Assembly (NCBI GenBank): GCA_964016885.1
Contig: OZ024748.1
Span: forward strand, 33,542,001-33,606,000
DNA from: Eledone cirrhosa
Taxonomy: Eukaryota
DNA length: 64,000 bases
Direction: 5' to 3'
Positions 52,683-64,000 of this stretch are shown piece after piece. Position 1 is the stretch's first letter, and each line of letters starts with the position of its first letter. The translations under genes and the position numbers were made by a program. The notes below the pieces were generated by a model. It was not told the origin of the DNA. It made no database searches and worked only from the letters and a program-made list of their open reading frames with translations.

Positions 52683-53450
52683 TTAACATTTACATTACTC
52701 TATATATACTATTATATTTCCATGGTAAAGACTACCTCACATAACATTTACATTACTCTATATATACTATTATATTTCCATGGTAAAGACTTTACCTCAC
52801 ATAACATTTACATTACTCTATATATACTATTATATTTCCATGGTAAAGACTTTACCTCACACAACATTTACATCACTCTATATATACTATTATATTTCCA
52901 TGGTAAATGCTTTACCTCACATAACATTTACATTACTCTATATATATACTATTATATTTGCATGGGAAAGTCTTTACCTCACATAATATCTCACATAACA
53001 TTACATTACTCTAGAAATACTATTATATTTTCACAGTAAAAGCTTTACCTCACATAACATTGACATTACTTTATATATAAAATTATATTTCCATGGTAAA
53101 GTCTTTACCTCACATAATATCGAATCTATGAGATTTTGATATTATTTATATTGAGAACAATACTTTAACATCAGTATGAGTGGTCAGTTACGGCTGGTTT
53201 AAAAAGAAAAAGGGGATAGAACTCTGGCCGATTATTGCCGGTTTAAATGTTAAATGTATTTTATATATACTATTATATTTTCATGGTAAAGACTTTATCT
53301 CACATAACATCGAATCTATGAGATTTTGAAAGTATTTATTTTGAGAACAATACATTAACATCAGTTTGAACGACCAGTTACAGCCAGTTTCAACAGAAAG
53401 ACGTAGAGAATTCTGGCCGGTTTTGGCTGGTTAGAACACTAAAGGGTTAA
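52683..53450. repeat. TTAA MITE with an internal 60-bp tandem expansion (about 7 units) and a second partial MITE copy
   Basis: Unit ATAACATTTACATTACTCTATATATACTATTATATTTCCATGGTAAAGACTTTACCTCAC. Ends CTAAAGGGTTAA. Confidence 0.8.
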
Positions 53451-53827
53451 GAAACTTTCAGTGGATAATGTTCCAATTTCCTCTCTTTGGGATTAAATTT
53501 TGATTTTGATTAAACATTTTCTAAGTCTTTTTCAAGCATTTTATAAAATTGATGGAAGCTATGAGGTAGGAAGACCTGGGATGAGGTGATAAAAGCTGAC
53601 CTCACACAGTTGATGGAAGCATTGGAGTAGGACGACCTAGTTTGAGGTGATAAAATCTGACCTCACACAATTGCACTTCTCAAAGACAATGACACAGGAT
53701 CGAGATCTTTGGCGTTATACAGTAATATAGAAGACCAGCCTTCCCTAGCATTGGTATCAATGACACCCACATGGACATCAATACACATCTATATATACAC
53801 ACATTACTATAAACACACCTAATATAT

Positions 53828-56800
53828 CAAAGACCCCCGTCGGTCACGAATGACCATGTGATTTGCAACTAGAAATTTTCTCTCTGAGGCACAAGTCTGG
53901 TTATTTGAGGAAGACCAGCAGTTGCCCAAGTATACCAGTCTACCCTCTCCACGCCACTGATGTTGTCCAAGGGAAAGGTAATGGCTGATACAGCTTGGCA
54001 CCAGTGACATCACAACATATATATACACTATATATCTATTATATATACACTGTCTACAATATATATTATACACTATATATGTTGTCCAAGGGAAAGGCAA
54101 TGGCTGATACAGTTTGGCACCAGTGACATCACAACATATACATATATACACTATATATATATATACACTGTGTACAATATATATTATACACTATATATGT
54201 TGTCCAAGGGAGGCAATGGCTGATACAGTTTGACACCAGTGACATCACAACATATATATATATACACTGTGTACAATATATATTATACACTATATATGTT
54301 GTCCAAGAGAAAGGCAATGGCTGATACAGCTTGACACCAGTGACATCACAACATATACTGTATATACACTATATATATATATTATATATACACTGTGTAC
54401 AATATATATTATACACTATATATGTTGTCAAAGGGAAAGGCAATGGCTGACACGCCTTGGCACCAGTGACATCACAACATATATATACACTATATTATAT
54501 CCCAGACATCCATAGATTATTTCTATTCTACAATTATCTCTCTTCCCCAATTTCAAAATGTTCTCTTTACATTATTATTATTATCATTCACTTGTTTCCA
54601 CAATGTATATACTTCGACCTTGTTTTTGATAGAAACCATGTTGGGCATTGTGTCTTTCTCTACAAACTCATTCCTAAACCCCGCCATTACCTCCCCTTTC
54701 TTTCACTCATTCATTTCGGTGTTTACGAAGCTAGGTCACCATCTACAAAATTCTTGCATATTTGCTTTGTCTAAAATGCCTACTTATATCTGCTTATTTC
54801 CCCCGAATCTCCTGTGATGATATATGTCATGATGGCTACCTATCGCACAATTTCCCACTCACCACCATTGGCTATTTGACCAATGAAACCTCAGCAAAAT
54901 GTCCTTACCCATTACCAGCCCCAACAAACTCTGCCATTACTTCTACTGTCCTTCTAGCCCTTACCAGCCCCAACAAACTCTGCCACTACTGTCCTTCTAG
55001 CCCTGCACCAAAGAATTCTTGTTTACCGTTATGTATGGAGGAGTGAAGGATAAATGGAACAACAAAGAATAAATAAATGAATATGAATCCGCGAGTTACC
55101 AAGCACCCGTGCGAAGCTTTAATTCAGAGACAGGAAGCATACACACTCCCCCGCAAAAATTCACCCTCTCCCACAAATGATGGCAAATGTCCAAAACTCT
55201 GAGTTGGTAGCATCAAGATAAACACAATGAAATGATGGGAAGGAGAAATTATAGACATGTTAGAGTGAAAGGAAATTGACGTATGCTGTGTGCAAGAGAC
55301 TAGATGGAGAGGAGTGTCCGCTAGAGTCCTTGTAGGCAAAAGTTAGTGCTATAAATTTTTCTGGGTGGGAAATGACAATGGGATGGTTGGTGTAGGTATA
55401 CTATTAGCTGACAAATGGGTAGATAACGTAATAACCACATGTATTATTAACCCGGTAATATTAGAGGTTGTCATACCAAAGGATTGGTGCAGCAGCATCA
55501 TTGTCAACTGCTACAAGGGTAAAGGAGATGCACTAGATAGAAGAAACTATAGAGGTATGAAGCTGATGGACCAGGTCATGAAAGTAACGGAAAGAGTCAG
55601 AGCACAGTTGATCAGGGACTGGGTAAAACTAGACGAGATGCAGTTTGGGCTTGTGCCAGGAAATAGCACCACTGATGCTCTCTTCCTTATGAGGCAGTTA
55701 CAGGAAAAGTACCTAGCTAAAAGCAAGCCGCTCTACCTGGCTTTTGTCGATCTGGAAAAAGCCTTCGACAGAGTGCCCCGTGCTATAATCTGGTGGGCTC
55801 TTAGAAAACTAGGAGTAGATTACTGACTTGTGAAAGCTGTACAAGCCATGTATAGGGGAGCAGTCAGTAAAGTTAGGCTTGACAATTACTATAGCGAGGA
55901 ATTTAGCATACGGGTCGGTGTCTACCAGGGCTCTTTTCTTAGCCCTCTCCTGTTTATTATAGTATTGCAGGCTATAACAGAGGAGTTTAAGACCAGATGC
56001 CCATAGAAACTCCTATATGCGGATGATCTTACACTTATAGCTGAATCTATGGCAGGACTAAAGAAACAAGCACCAACAAAACTCTGGGAGAAATCTGTAG
56101 AAACAATAAACAGTTTTTGCTACCTAGGTGACCGAATGAGCAGCGGAGGTGGGTGTTCTGAAAGTACAGTAACCAAGGTAACAACGGGATTGAAGAAGTT
56201 CAGGGAGCTACTGCCACTACTAGCTGCAAAAGGCTTTTCCCTCAAAATGAAAGGCAGACAGTATAATGCGTGCATACGGAGAGCAATGTTACATGGTTGT
56301 GAGACCTAGGCGCTGTCTGTAGAAGACTTGCGTAAATTAGAAAGAAACGAAGCTTGCATGCTCCGATGGATGTGTAATAGTAATATACGTGAACAGCAAA
56401 GCATTAACGAATTGAGAGAGACTGGGCATAAGAGGAATCAAATGCTGTGTGCAGGAGAGGAGGTTGTGTTGGTATAGACATGTGATGTGTATGAAGGATG
56501 AAAGCTACATAAAAAGACGCAGAGCACTAGAAGTTGATGGAAGCCATGGATAGGGGAGACCCAAGAAGACCTGGTATGAGGTGATAAAAGTTGACCTCAC
56601 CCAATTGCACATCCCAAAGGCGATGACACCGGACATTGACCTCTGGCTTCATACAGTAATACAAAAGACCCAACTTCCCACGGGTACAAGACGAAACTGA
56701 AGCATATAGACCATATGCACCCACCACCTCTCACTGTAAAGTGGCCATGGAGGTGTCACGACAAAAAAGCACCCATCACTCACTGTGAGGTTGGTGTTAG

Positions 56801-56947
56801 GAAGGGCATCCAGCTGTAGAAATCAAGCCAAAATCAGTTCCCATCTGAGCAAGACAAGGCCACCACACCTGACACTCCCCAAAACAGGAAAACCTGTCTA
56901 ACCCATACTACCGTGGAAGAATAGACGTAAAACGGTGATGATGATGA

Positions 56948-56985
<38 letters not shown>

Positions 56986-57442
56986 CATCATATTTATATA
57001 CAGTATATATTATACACTATATATGATGTCCAAGAGAAATGCTATGGCCGATACAGCTTGGCACCAGTGACGTCACAATGTATATATATACTATATATAT
57101 ATACACTATGTATATATTATATATACACTGTGTACAGTATATATACACTATATATATGTCCAAGGGAAAGGTTATGATCGATACAGCTTGGCACCAGTGA
57201 CATCACAACATATATATATACTATATATATTATACAGTATATATATACATTATATATATATCCAAGAGAAAGGTTATGGCCAATACAGCTTGGCACCAGT
57301 GAGATCACGACTCATTTCTACAGCTGAGTAAACTGGGGCAACGTGAAATAAAGTGTCTTGCTCAAGGACACATCATCCGATCCGAGACTCGAACTCACCA
57401 CCTTTTAATTGCAAGCCCAATGCTTGAAACAGTAAGCCATGA
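53828..57442 (-). repeat. SINE family 2 with an internal repeat/AT-spacer array (8 units), split by an RTE
   Basis: Repeat TGTTGTCCAAGGGAAAGGCAATGGCTGATACAGCTTGGCACCAGTGACATCACAACA at about 53961, 54080, 54197, 54297, 54423, 57026, 57157 and 57260. SINE head at 57312-57442. Confidence 0.8.
54585..56950 (+). mobile_element. RTE LINE with 5' UTR and 3' tail but two large internal deletions
   Basis: APE start, RT core with YADD, C-terminus and GAT tail. Jumps near 55430 and 56065. Contains stops. Confidence 0.85.
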
Positions 57443-57837
57443 TACGTTCCAGAACCAACAGTGATATAGAGAGACCATAAAGACGACCGTTGTTTTCATA
57501 GTTTAAGCCATAAAATATCTCTCATACATGCTTCCAGTACATATAAACTCATTAAATGACACTTTTGTATTTAAACACCAAAAACAGCCAGTAACGATCT
57601 TATAGAAACTACCACCAACCATCGTACCACTAATTACCAATGAGGACCATTGCCAGTCACGGTAGCCACTTGGTAATACACTGCACATCTCCTGTCAATC
57701 TATGAAGAGTTTGTAGTAGATTAGAGCAAAACACAGTCAGTAAAACAGTAATGGAATGAAAAATAGAAACATTTGTACATAATTAAAGCCTTAAGATGTC
57801 CCTTCTTTACGGTATACACTTTAATCACATTGAAACT

Positions 57838-59849
57838 AAATAACAGGTGACACTGGGTTGTATGAATATAACAGGGTGACTGAGTTGTATGTACAATGTT
57901 TATTTAACAAGGTTGAGCTATGTAAAGCAGAATATTTGACATGCCAAGAGAGATGAAAGAATGAATTAAAGTTAGTTGTTTACCGTTTTGAAGTCAGCCC
58001 CAAGAGACCAAGAGGTCTTTACATTACCATGTTCAGGTTGCCAGAGAGTATAGCCTCGGCGAACGCGATCCTGGCCGAAGGGCCAGGCAGGTTAAAAGAG
58101 AGGGAGATAGATAGCTTTCGGCTATCTCCTTTATATGGTCCCAGGACGGAAGTGACAAAGAAGGTTCTGCCACCTCAACGGGAAGTGACTCCAGCTACTT
58201 CCTATCTAGAGAGCGCTACTGGTGATGTGATCGTCACAACAAATGAGGCAACTCTTGCTACATTATCCCCCGCCAGATTTTTAAAACATAAAAATCGAAA
58301 CAACTGTGTATGAAGTAAGATGGCGAGCATGTAACACCAAAGTCCAGGCATGAAAATTACAAAAAAAAATATTGTTTGCAATAAAAGCAAAACAGCAAAA
58401 TATAAGCATGCAAAAATCAATGATAGGTATCAAGGTGGCCAACCGCTCTTGGCCAGAGAACGACGGGACATCTATCTATCCATTACACAAGATACAATGT
58501 AATCAATCTAAAAGAATAGGTCAAAGGAGCAAAGAAACGTGCTCGAACATAGTTATTAAAAAAAAAAAGGTTCAAATGTTCAAAATACAGTTCACAGGTG
58601 ACAGCAGAGAATATATGCAGGTTGTTTCTGGACTGTGGTACAACGTGAAATTCCCAACATCCGAAGGCTGGTGGGATTTTCTCACAGGAAGAGTGCTGCA
58701 AAAATAAATTCTGTGTTTTGTTCTGCTGGTTTTGGTTGTTGATAAAGCAAAGATGAAGCTGTGTTGTTGTTGTCTCGCGGAGTGAGCCTATTCGATGTTG
58801 TTTCCATTCACAGAAAAAAGTTTCAAAAGAAAAAATGAGTTGCGCAAAGTGCTAGAAATAACAGCCAAAGTTGATGGTCGATGTTTAGAACGCGTTGACA
58901 TGGAAGGGTGAAGAGGCCAGCGACCAAAGAAATAAGCATTCTGAATAAATGCGCAGTTTTCAACGGCAAATTTACGTGGTAAATCTTTAAACCGGCAAAT
59001 AGGAGAATATAACTTAAGGCTGGAGAATCATTGGCAAGAAACATTATCTATGGCGTGTGTTATCTCAGTGAGTCGAGATATGTGCTTCCACACGTACCGA
59101 AACAAGGTTAAAGTCAAGTTGAATAAAAAATATTTCTATTGCGCGAGAAAATGGCGCGAAAATGATGGGCAACAGGTTGTTGGCAGCCATTTTGAAAAAT
59201 TTGTGTGTGAACGTGATAATATGATGAAAAAGATATATATGGCGAGAGTTCAATTTTTATTTTTTTTTTGAAAGTGATGAAAAAGTAGCGACATTTAAAC
59301 GATGTAAGCACGTTAGGTGAAGAACAAAATTTGTTCTTGTTTCTTTGCTGCTGAGCAAAAGATTACTACTATTTTTCGTTGTTGAAAAAATCCATGTGGA
59401 ATGTTGTTAGAGGAATTTTTCTTTTGAAGTACTGCTAATTAATTTTCTTTTTTTTTCATATTCACACAACACCGGATCCTATTATTTTTTTCTCGGGATA
59501 ACCAATTATAACAGGTGACACTGGGTTGTATGAATATAACAGGGTGTCTGAGTTGTATTTACAATGTTTATTTAACAAGATTGAGCTATGTAGAGCAGAA
59601 TAGTTGACACGCCAAAAGAGATGAAAGGATGAGTTAAAGTTAGTTGTTTACCGTTTTGAAGTCAGCCCGCAAGAGACCAAGAGGTCTTTACATTACCATG
59701 TTAAGGTTGCCATTGAGTATAGCCTCGACGAACGCGAGCCTGGTCGAAGGGCTAGGCAGCTTAAAAGAGAGGGAGATAGCTTTCAGCTATCTCCTTTATA
59801 GGGTCCCAGGACGGAAGTGACAAAGGTTCTGCCACCAAAGGTTCTGCCA
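57838..59849 (-). mobile_element. Internally deleted, non-coding Gypsy-type LTR element
   Basis: Direct repeats at 57838-58220 and 59507-59849 (truncated). PBS-like TGGTTATCCCGAG at 59504-59492. LTR start GTAGCGCTCTCTAGA is shared with the inner Gypsy LTR. Confidence 0.75.
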
Positions 59850-60375
59850 TATCTATCCTTCTAACTTCAACCCTTATAAATACAGGGGTTGTTTACGCCC
59901 CAAGAGAAAAAGAAGTGATATACAGACAAGACAAGTCGCATTTACAAGCTCTCGTCACGAAACACCAGTCTGTCACTTATTACTCACCTGCCGGGCTGCT
60001 CACTTACTACTACTACTACTACTAAAACAAGCAAATATACTGATACGCACACACGCATTCATAGTAAATTCCCACTGTTTGCATTTTCACACGCACCATT
60101 TCTGTTTATTCACGTTGTATCTTTCAGATACAGTACAAATTATATTATAATCGTATTCTGTGATACTTGTATTTACGTGGCTCGAAGAGCCACCAAATTA
60201 TTGTACGAATATTTCGTGTTATTGATTTTATCATTCAATATTCAAATTGAATATTGTTATGATAAAATAAACATTGTAACAACACAATCCTGGTATTATT
60301 CTTTACATCGAAACCACCATACCAACAGTTACATCCATCCACTTATCGTTACAACCACACAAATATTCCGTTACA
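59850..60375 (+). mobile_element. Possible truncated LTR of another family
   Basis: TATAAATA, AATAAA and a GTTACA end abutting the resumed paralogous sequence. Confidence 0.35.
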
Positions 60376-60862
60376 CCGCGATAGGAAATTAGATACGTTC
60401 CAAAGAAATATCCGCGATGTAACGGGACCGCGAAAAGTGAACCGCGATATAGCGGGAGATTTCTGTATATATACACACACAACATACATCTATCTATATA
60501 CACTCATAACATTTATTTCGATTTTTTACTTTAAAATGTTGACTGAGGGTGCGACAACTGTTTCTTATTTGAGGTTGTTCCAATGGTTGAAATATAGACG
60601 GAGGTATTTTAAATAATAAAGACAGTCATGATAACAATATATTTTATATCACATGTAACAGTGGAATCTGGTGATTGAAAAAAACATATCACATTTCAGT
60701 TTGGAAGATTTTTTTATCTATATATAAAAGTGGAGGGAGAAATATATTTTTCTAATGTTGTTATATATATTTTCACTTGTATATAATTACTGGATCGTTG
60801 CAGGGGTCACATAATTATATTATTTACACACATTAATATAGACATTAAGTAAATCTTTGTCA

Positions 60863-61085
60863 ACTTACCTCCTTCAGATATAATCAATGTGTTGTGTTGT
60901 TAGTTTTAACTAAACAACCAAAGAAATAATCTCTTTGTTATCAAATTAGAAGTTTCAAAGATGTTATCAGCTTTATTTCACGAGATGAACGTTGGTGTAT
61001 CTTCTTCATCTTTAGTCATAAATTGATATCTTGTCAGAATGAAGTAGTGAGGCTGACTTTATGTCTTTAGCTACGGATTTGATAG
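60863..61085 (-). promoter_or_regulatory. Putative 5' non-coding exon and splice donor of ZNF copy C
   Basis: AG|GTAAGT at 60868-60863. Near-identical to 9735-9950. Confidence 0.55.
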
Positions 61086-61166
61086 GAAAAAATATATATA
61101 TTAAGTTGATATGTGGTCTAAAATATATATATTGTCTATAAATGTCTGATATTAAATTTATGTATA

Positions 61167-64000
61167 TCTCTTCTCTCTCTATATAAAACTGAAGATGTCT
61201 GTCTGTGTGCGTGTATGATGTTTATGCATTTCCACATTTCTCTACCAATTTTGATGGTTCTTTTTCCAATGCGCTCCAAATTTACCGAGGATGGTCCACG
61301 CGATATAAACTTTGCCAAAAATGTTCTGCTTCCATGAAAAAAATCGATAAAACTAAATACATGCTCTAACTCTCTCTTGCCGCCTCAACTGCTGCGTCAC
61401 GTGCTGGTGAGGACGAAGGGCAGCGTTCCAGAAGCCGACGTACAGACGCCGCTACTTGAATCTCAACGAAGACATTATATTTTGTTGTTGTCCTTTTTGT
61501 AATTTTTTTTCTTTCTTTTTAGCAATATCAGAAAAAAAGTAATATAAATATTCTCATAAAAAAAAAATAACGATTTTGATGATTTTTTTCCAGTGTGCTC
61601 CAAATTATCGCCCTTGTTTACGCTCTTTTGTGCTATAACTCAGATGTGCTTGGCTTACAGGTTTGACCTACTATTTAACGCGCATTCTTGCTACATCTTA
61701 CTTAGTACTCATTTTCCACTTATTCACTCTTCAATTGAAATTACCTGCATAAATATTAACGTGTTTAATTAGTACTTCCTATTTCCCTTTTGAAACTTAC
61801 CTTTAAAACATACTTTGACACTACGGTCATGCCCCCCCCCCCCCCCAAAAAAAAAGACCACGGCTTAGTGGCCAAACTAAAGCTGCTTCTGCTGCCAAAC
61901 AAAGAAGAGCTGCAGAGTCGTCGCTCGAGAATTTGACTCGGTTGTCACAAAATGCAACTCGAAATGCAATTACTCGGTCAACCGAGACAGAAGAAGAGAG
62001 GAGCATTCGCCTTTCCCGGAATGTATTTCTAACTGCAGTTGCACGTGCAGCGCAAACTGATGAACAATATTCTCGACGACGAAGCAAAAATGCGGCCTCC
62101 ACTGTTGCAGCGCGTACTGGTGAGGATGAAGAACAGCGTTCCAGACGACGTGGAAGAGATGCCGCCTCAACTGCTGCGTCACGTGCTGGTGAGGACGAAG
62201 GGCAGCGTTCCAGACGCCGCCGTACGGACGCCGCTTCAACCACTTCTGTGCGCGCGTCAGAGACTGCGCAAATTCGATTACACAGACTAAACGCCAATGC
62301 ACTCCGCAGGAGTGCTCAACGAGGTTCTCCGAGGGTCAGTTGTACTCAGTGGTCTCATAAGGCTTTCCACTATGACCCAACAGTTAACTATGCACTGCTG
62401 CCAGAAGTTCAGATTGGATCCATGTCCGTCATTTGCCAATCTTGCCGGGCAAAGAAATGACCTGGGGAGACTTCAGGGATGTGCTGCTCTGACGGCAAAT
62501 TTTGCTGTTATAATCGACGCCGACAGGAAACCACTAGGTTCCCACGCCGGCCGTTTTAACGCTCCCATGTGCAATGAAATAGCTGTGCTTCTTCATGGAG
62601 AACAGTACAACAAGCGGGATATCATACTTCAGTGTAGGGACAATAGTCTGCAACGGATCAGCGAGACGCATAGGTCCTACGACGCATTCCAATATCCCCT
62701 TCTTTTCCCATTCGGTGATGACGGATACCACTTTGGAATTCCTTTGTGCAACAGCAACAAAACTGTTTCCTGTATGCAATTCTACGCCTACCGATTCATG
62801 GTCCGCGAAGGCTGCTTTAACCACCTCCACCGTGCAAGAGTACTCTTCAACCAACTTGCTGTAGACACGTGCGCAAAGATGGAATCTGAAAGGCTGTGCT
62901 ACATAAGGAACAATCAAGCACGCCTTCGTTCGGACAGCTACATTCACTTACGGGATGGAGTAAGGAATGACGTCGATCCCGAGAACCTAGGAAAACATTG
63001 TATCCTTCCGTCGACCTTCATTGGGAGTCCCCGATACATGAGTGAACGCACACAGGATGCTATGACTTACGTGCGTCTCTATGGCAGACCGGATCGCTTC
63101 ATCACTTTAACTTGCAGCCCTAAGTGGACTGAAATTACAGCGGAATTATTCCCCGGACAAAGAGCGGCAGACAGACACGACCTTACTACACGAGTACTTA
63201 CTACTTGAAATTGACAAAACTTATTGAACTCATACAATCAGGTAAGGCCTTTGGACCTGTTAGGTGCTACGTATACACCGTTGAGTGGCAAAAGAAAGGC
63301 CTGCCACACGCCCACCTACTCATTTGGCTAATAACGAAAATCAACGCAACCAGCATTGACAGCATTATTTCAGCAGAAATATCCAACCCGAAATTGGACA
63401 GAGAACTCCACAACATCGTCACTGCTCACATGGTTCACGGGCCATGCGGAAACGGTTTCAACATGAATTCGCCATGCATTAAAGAAAGAAGGTGCACCAA
63501 GAGGTATCCAAAGCCATTTCTCCGAGAAACTCAGACAGGTGGCGACGGTTACCCATTATACCGCCGCAGGGACCCAGCGGACGGAGTAATTGTTGCGAAA
63601 ACCCCACATCCCCACATCGACAACCGGTGGATTGTACCCTACTGCCCACTTCTGCTTAAAATGTTTAACGCCCACATTAACGTGGAAAACTGCCACTCCG
63701 TCAAATCAATAAAGTACGTCTGCAAGTACATCAATAAGGGGTTCATTGCTGCGTCCTTCGGTCTTACAATGGAGAACAGCCGAGATGAAATCACTCGATG
63801 CCAGGTCGGCCGATACATCAGCAGTAATGAAGAGTTCTGACGATTCTTCCACTTTGCAATACACCATAACTATCCCCCAATAAAATAGTTGGCGGTGCAC
63901 TTTGAAAACGGTCAAAGAGTCTACTTCACCGCCTCTACCGCTGCTGAGATAGCAGAGGAACCTAAGGACACCATACTTACGGCATTTTTTAAGTTATGCC
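61167..64000 (+). mobile_element. Helitron (5' part; runs off the window)
   Basis: A|TC start (TCTC..TCTATATAAAA) close to where similarity to paralog A ends. A RepHel coding remnant follows. Confidence 0.85.
61829..64000 (+). pseudogene. Helitron RepHel (N-terminal repeats, Zn-binding motif, HUH Rep domain) with stops and frameshifts
   Basis: C..C.AK...E..G.CC..G, ISETHRSYD..QYPLLFP.G, LPSTFIGSPRYM, FITLTCSPKW, VEWQKKGLPHAH, MVHGPCG, KYVCKYINKG. Confidence 0.9.

Noticed and set aside
53961-54480. CRISPR array
   Set aside because: The repeat is part of a SINE, the spacers are mutually related TA-rich sequence, there are no cas genes, and the context is eukaryotic.

Overview
AT-rich, microsatellite-rich animal genomic DNA, most likely a cephalopod such as Octopus (inferred from the tandem C2H2 zinc-finger genes with [16 protein letters not shown] fingers and from the SINE/RTE content). 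The backbone is a tandem array of minus-strand C2H2-ZNF units with start codons at 58, 26827 and 50529, plus an orphan 5' fragment near 45740. Each unit has a distant conserved block that looks like a 5' non-coding exon. The rest is almost all transposable elements: RTE LINEs with an internal PHD finger, two nested CsRn1-like Ty3/Gypsy elements and a deleted relative, two Penelope-like elements, a CRE-like element, CR1-like fragments, mariner/pogo and piggyBac-type MITEs, a Helitron, a mini-Helitron and two tRNA-derived SINE families. Two unusual recurring signals stand out. (i) Perfect fold-back palindromes sit exactly at element ends: 278-bp arms at the 5' end of a young RTE, 82-bp arms at an LTR U5 end, and a palindromic Helitron 3' end. 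(ii) At least seven short non-coding inserts, often inverted-repeat and TA-flanked, carry intact or decayed minimal hammerhead-ribozyme cores. All coordinates were read by eye, so ends may be off by a few bases. No database searches were run.
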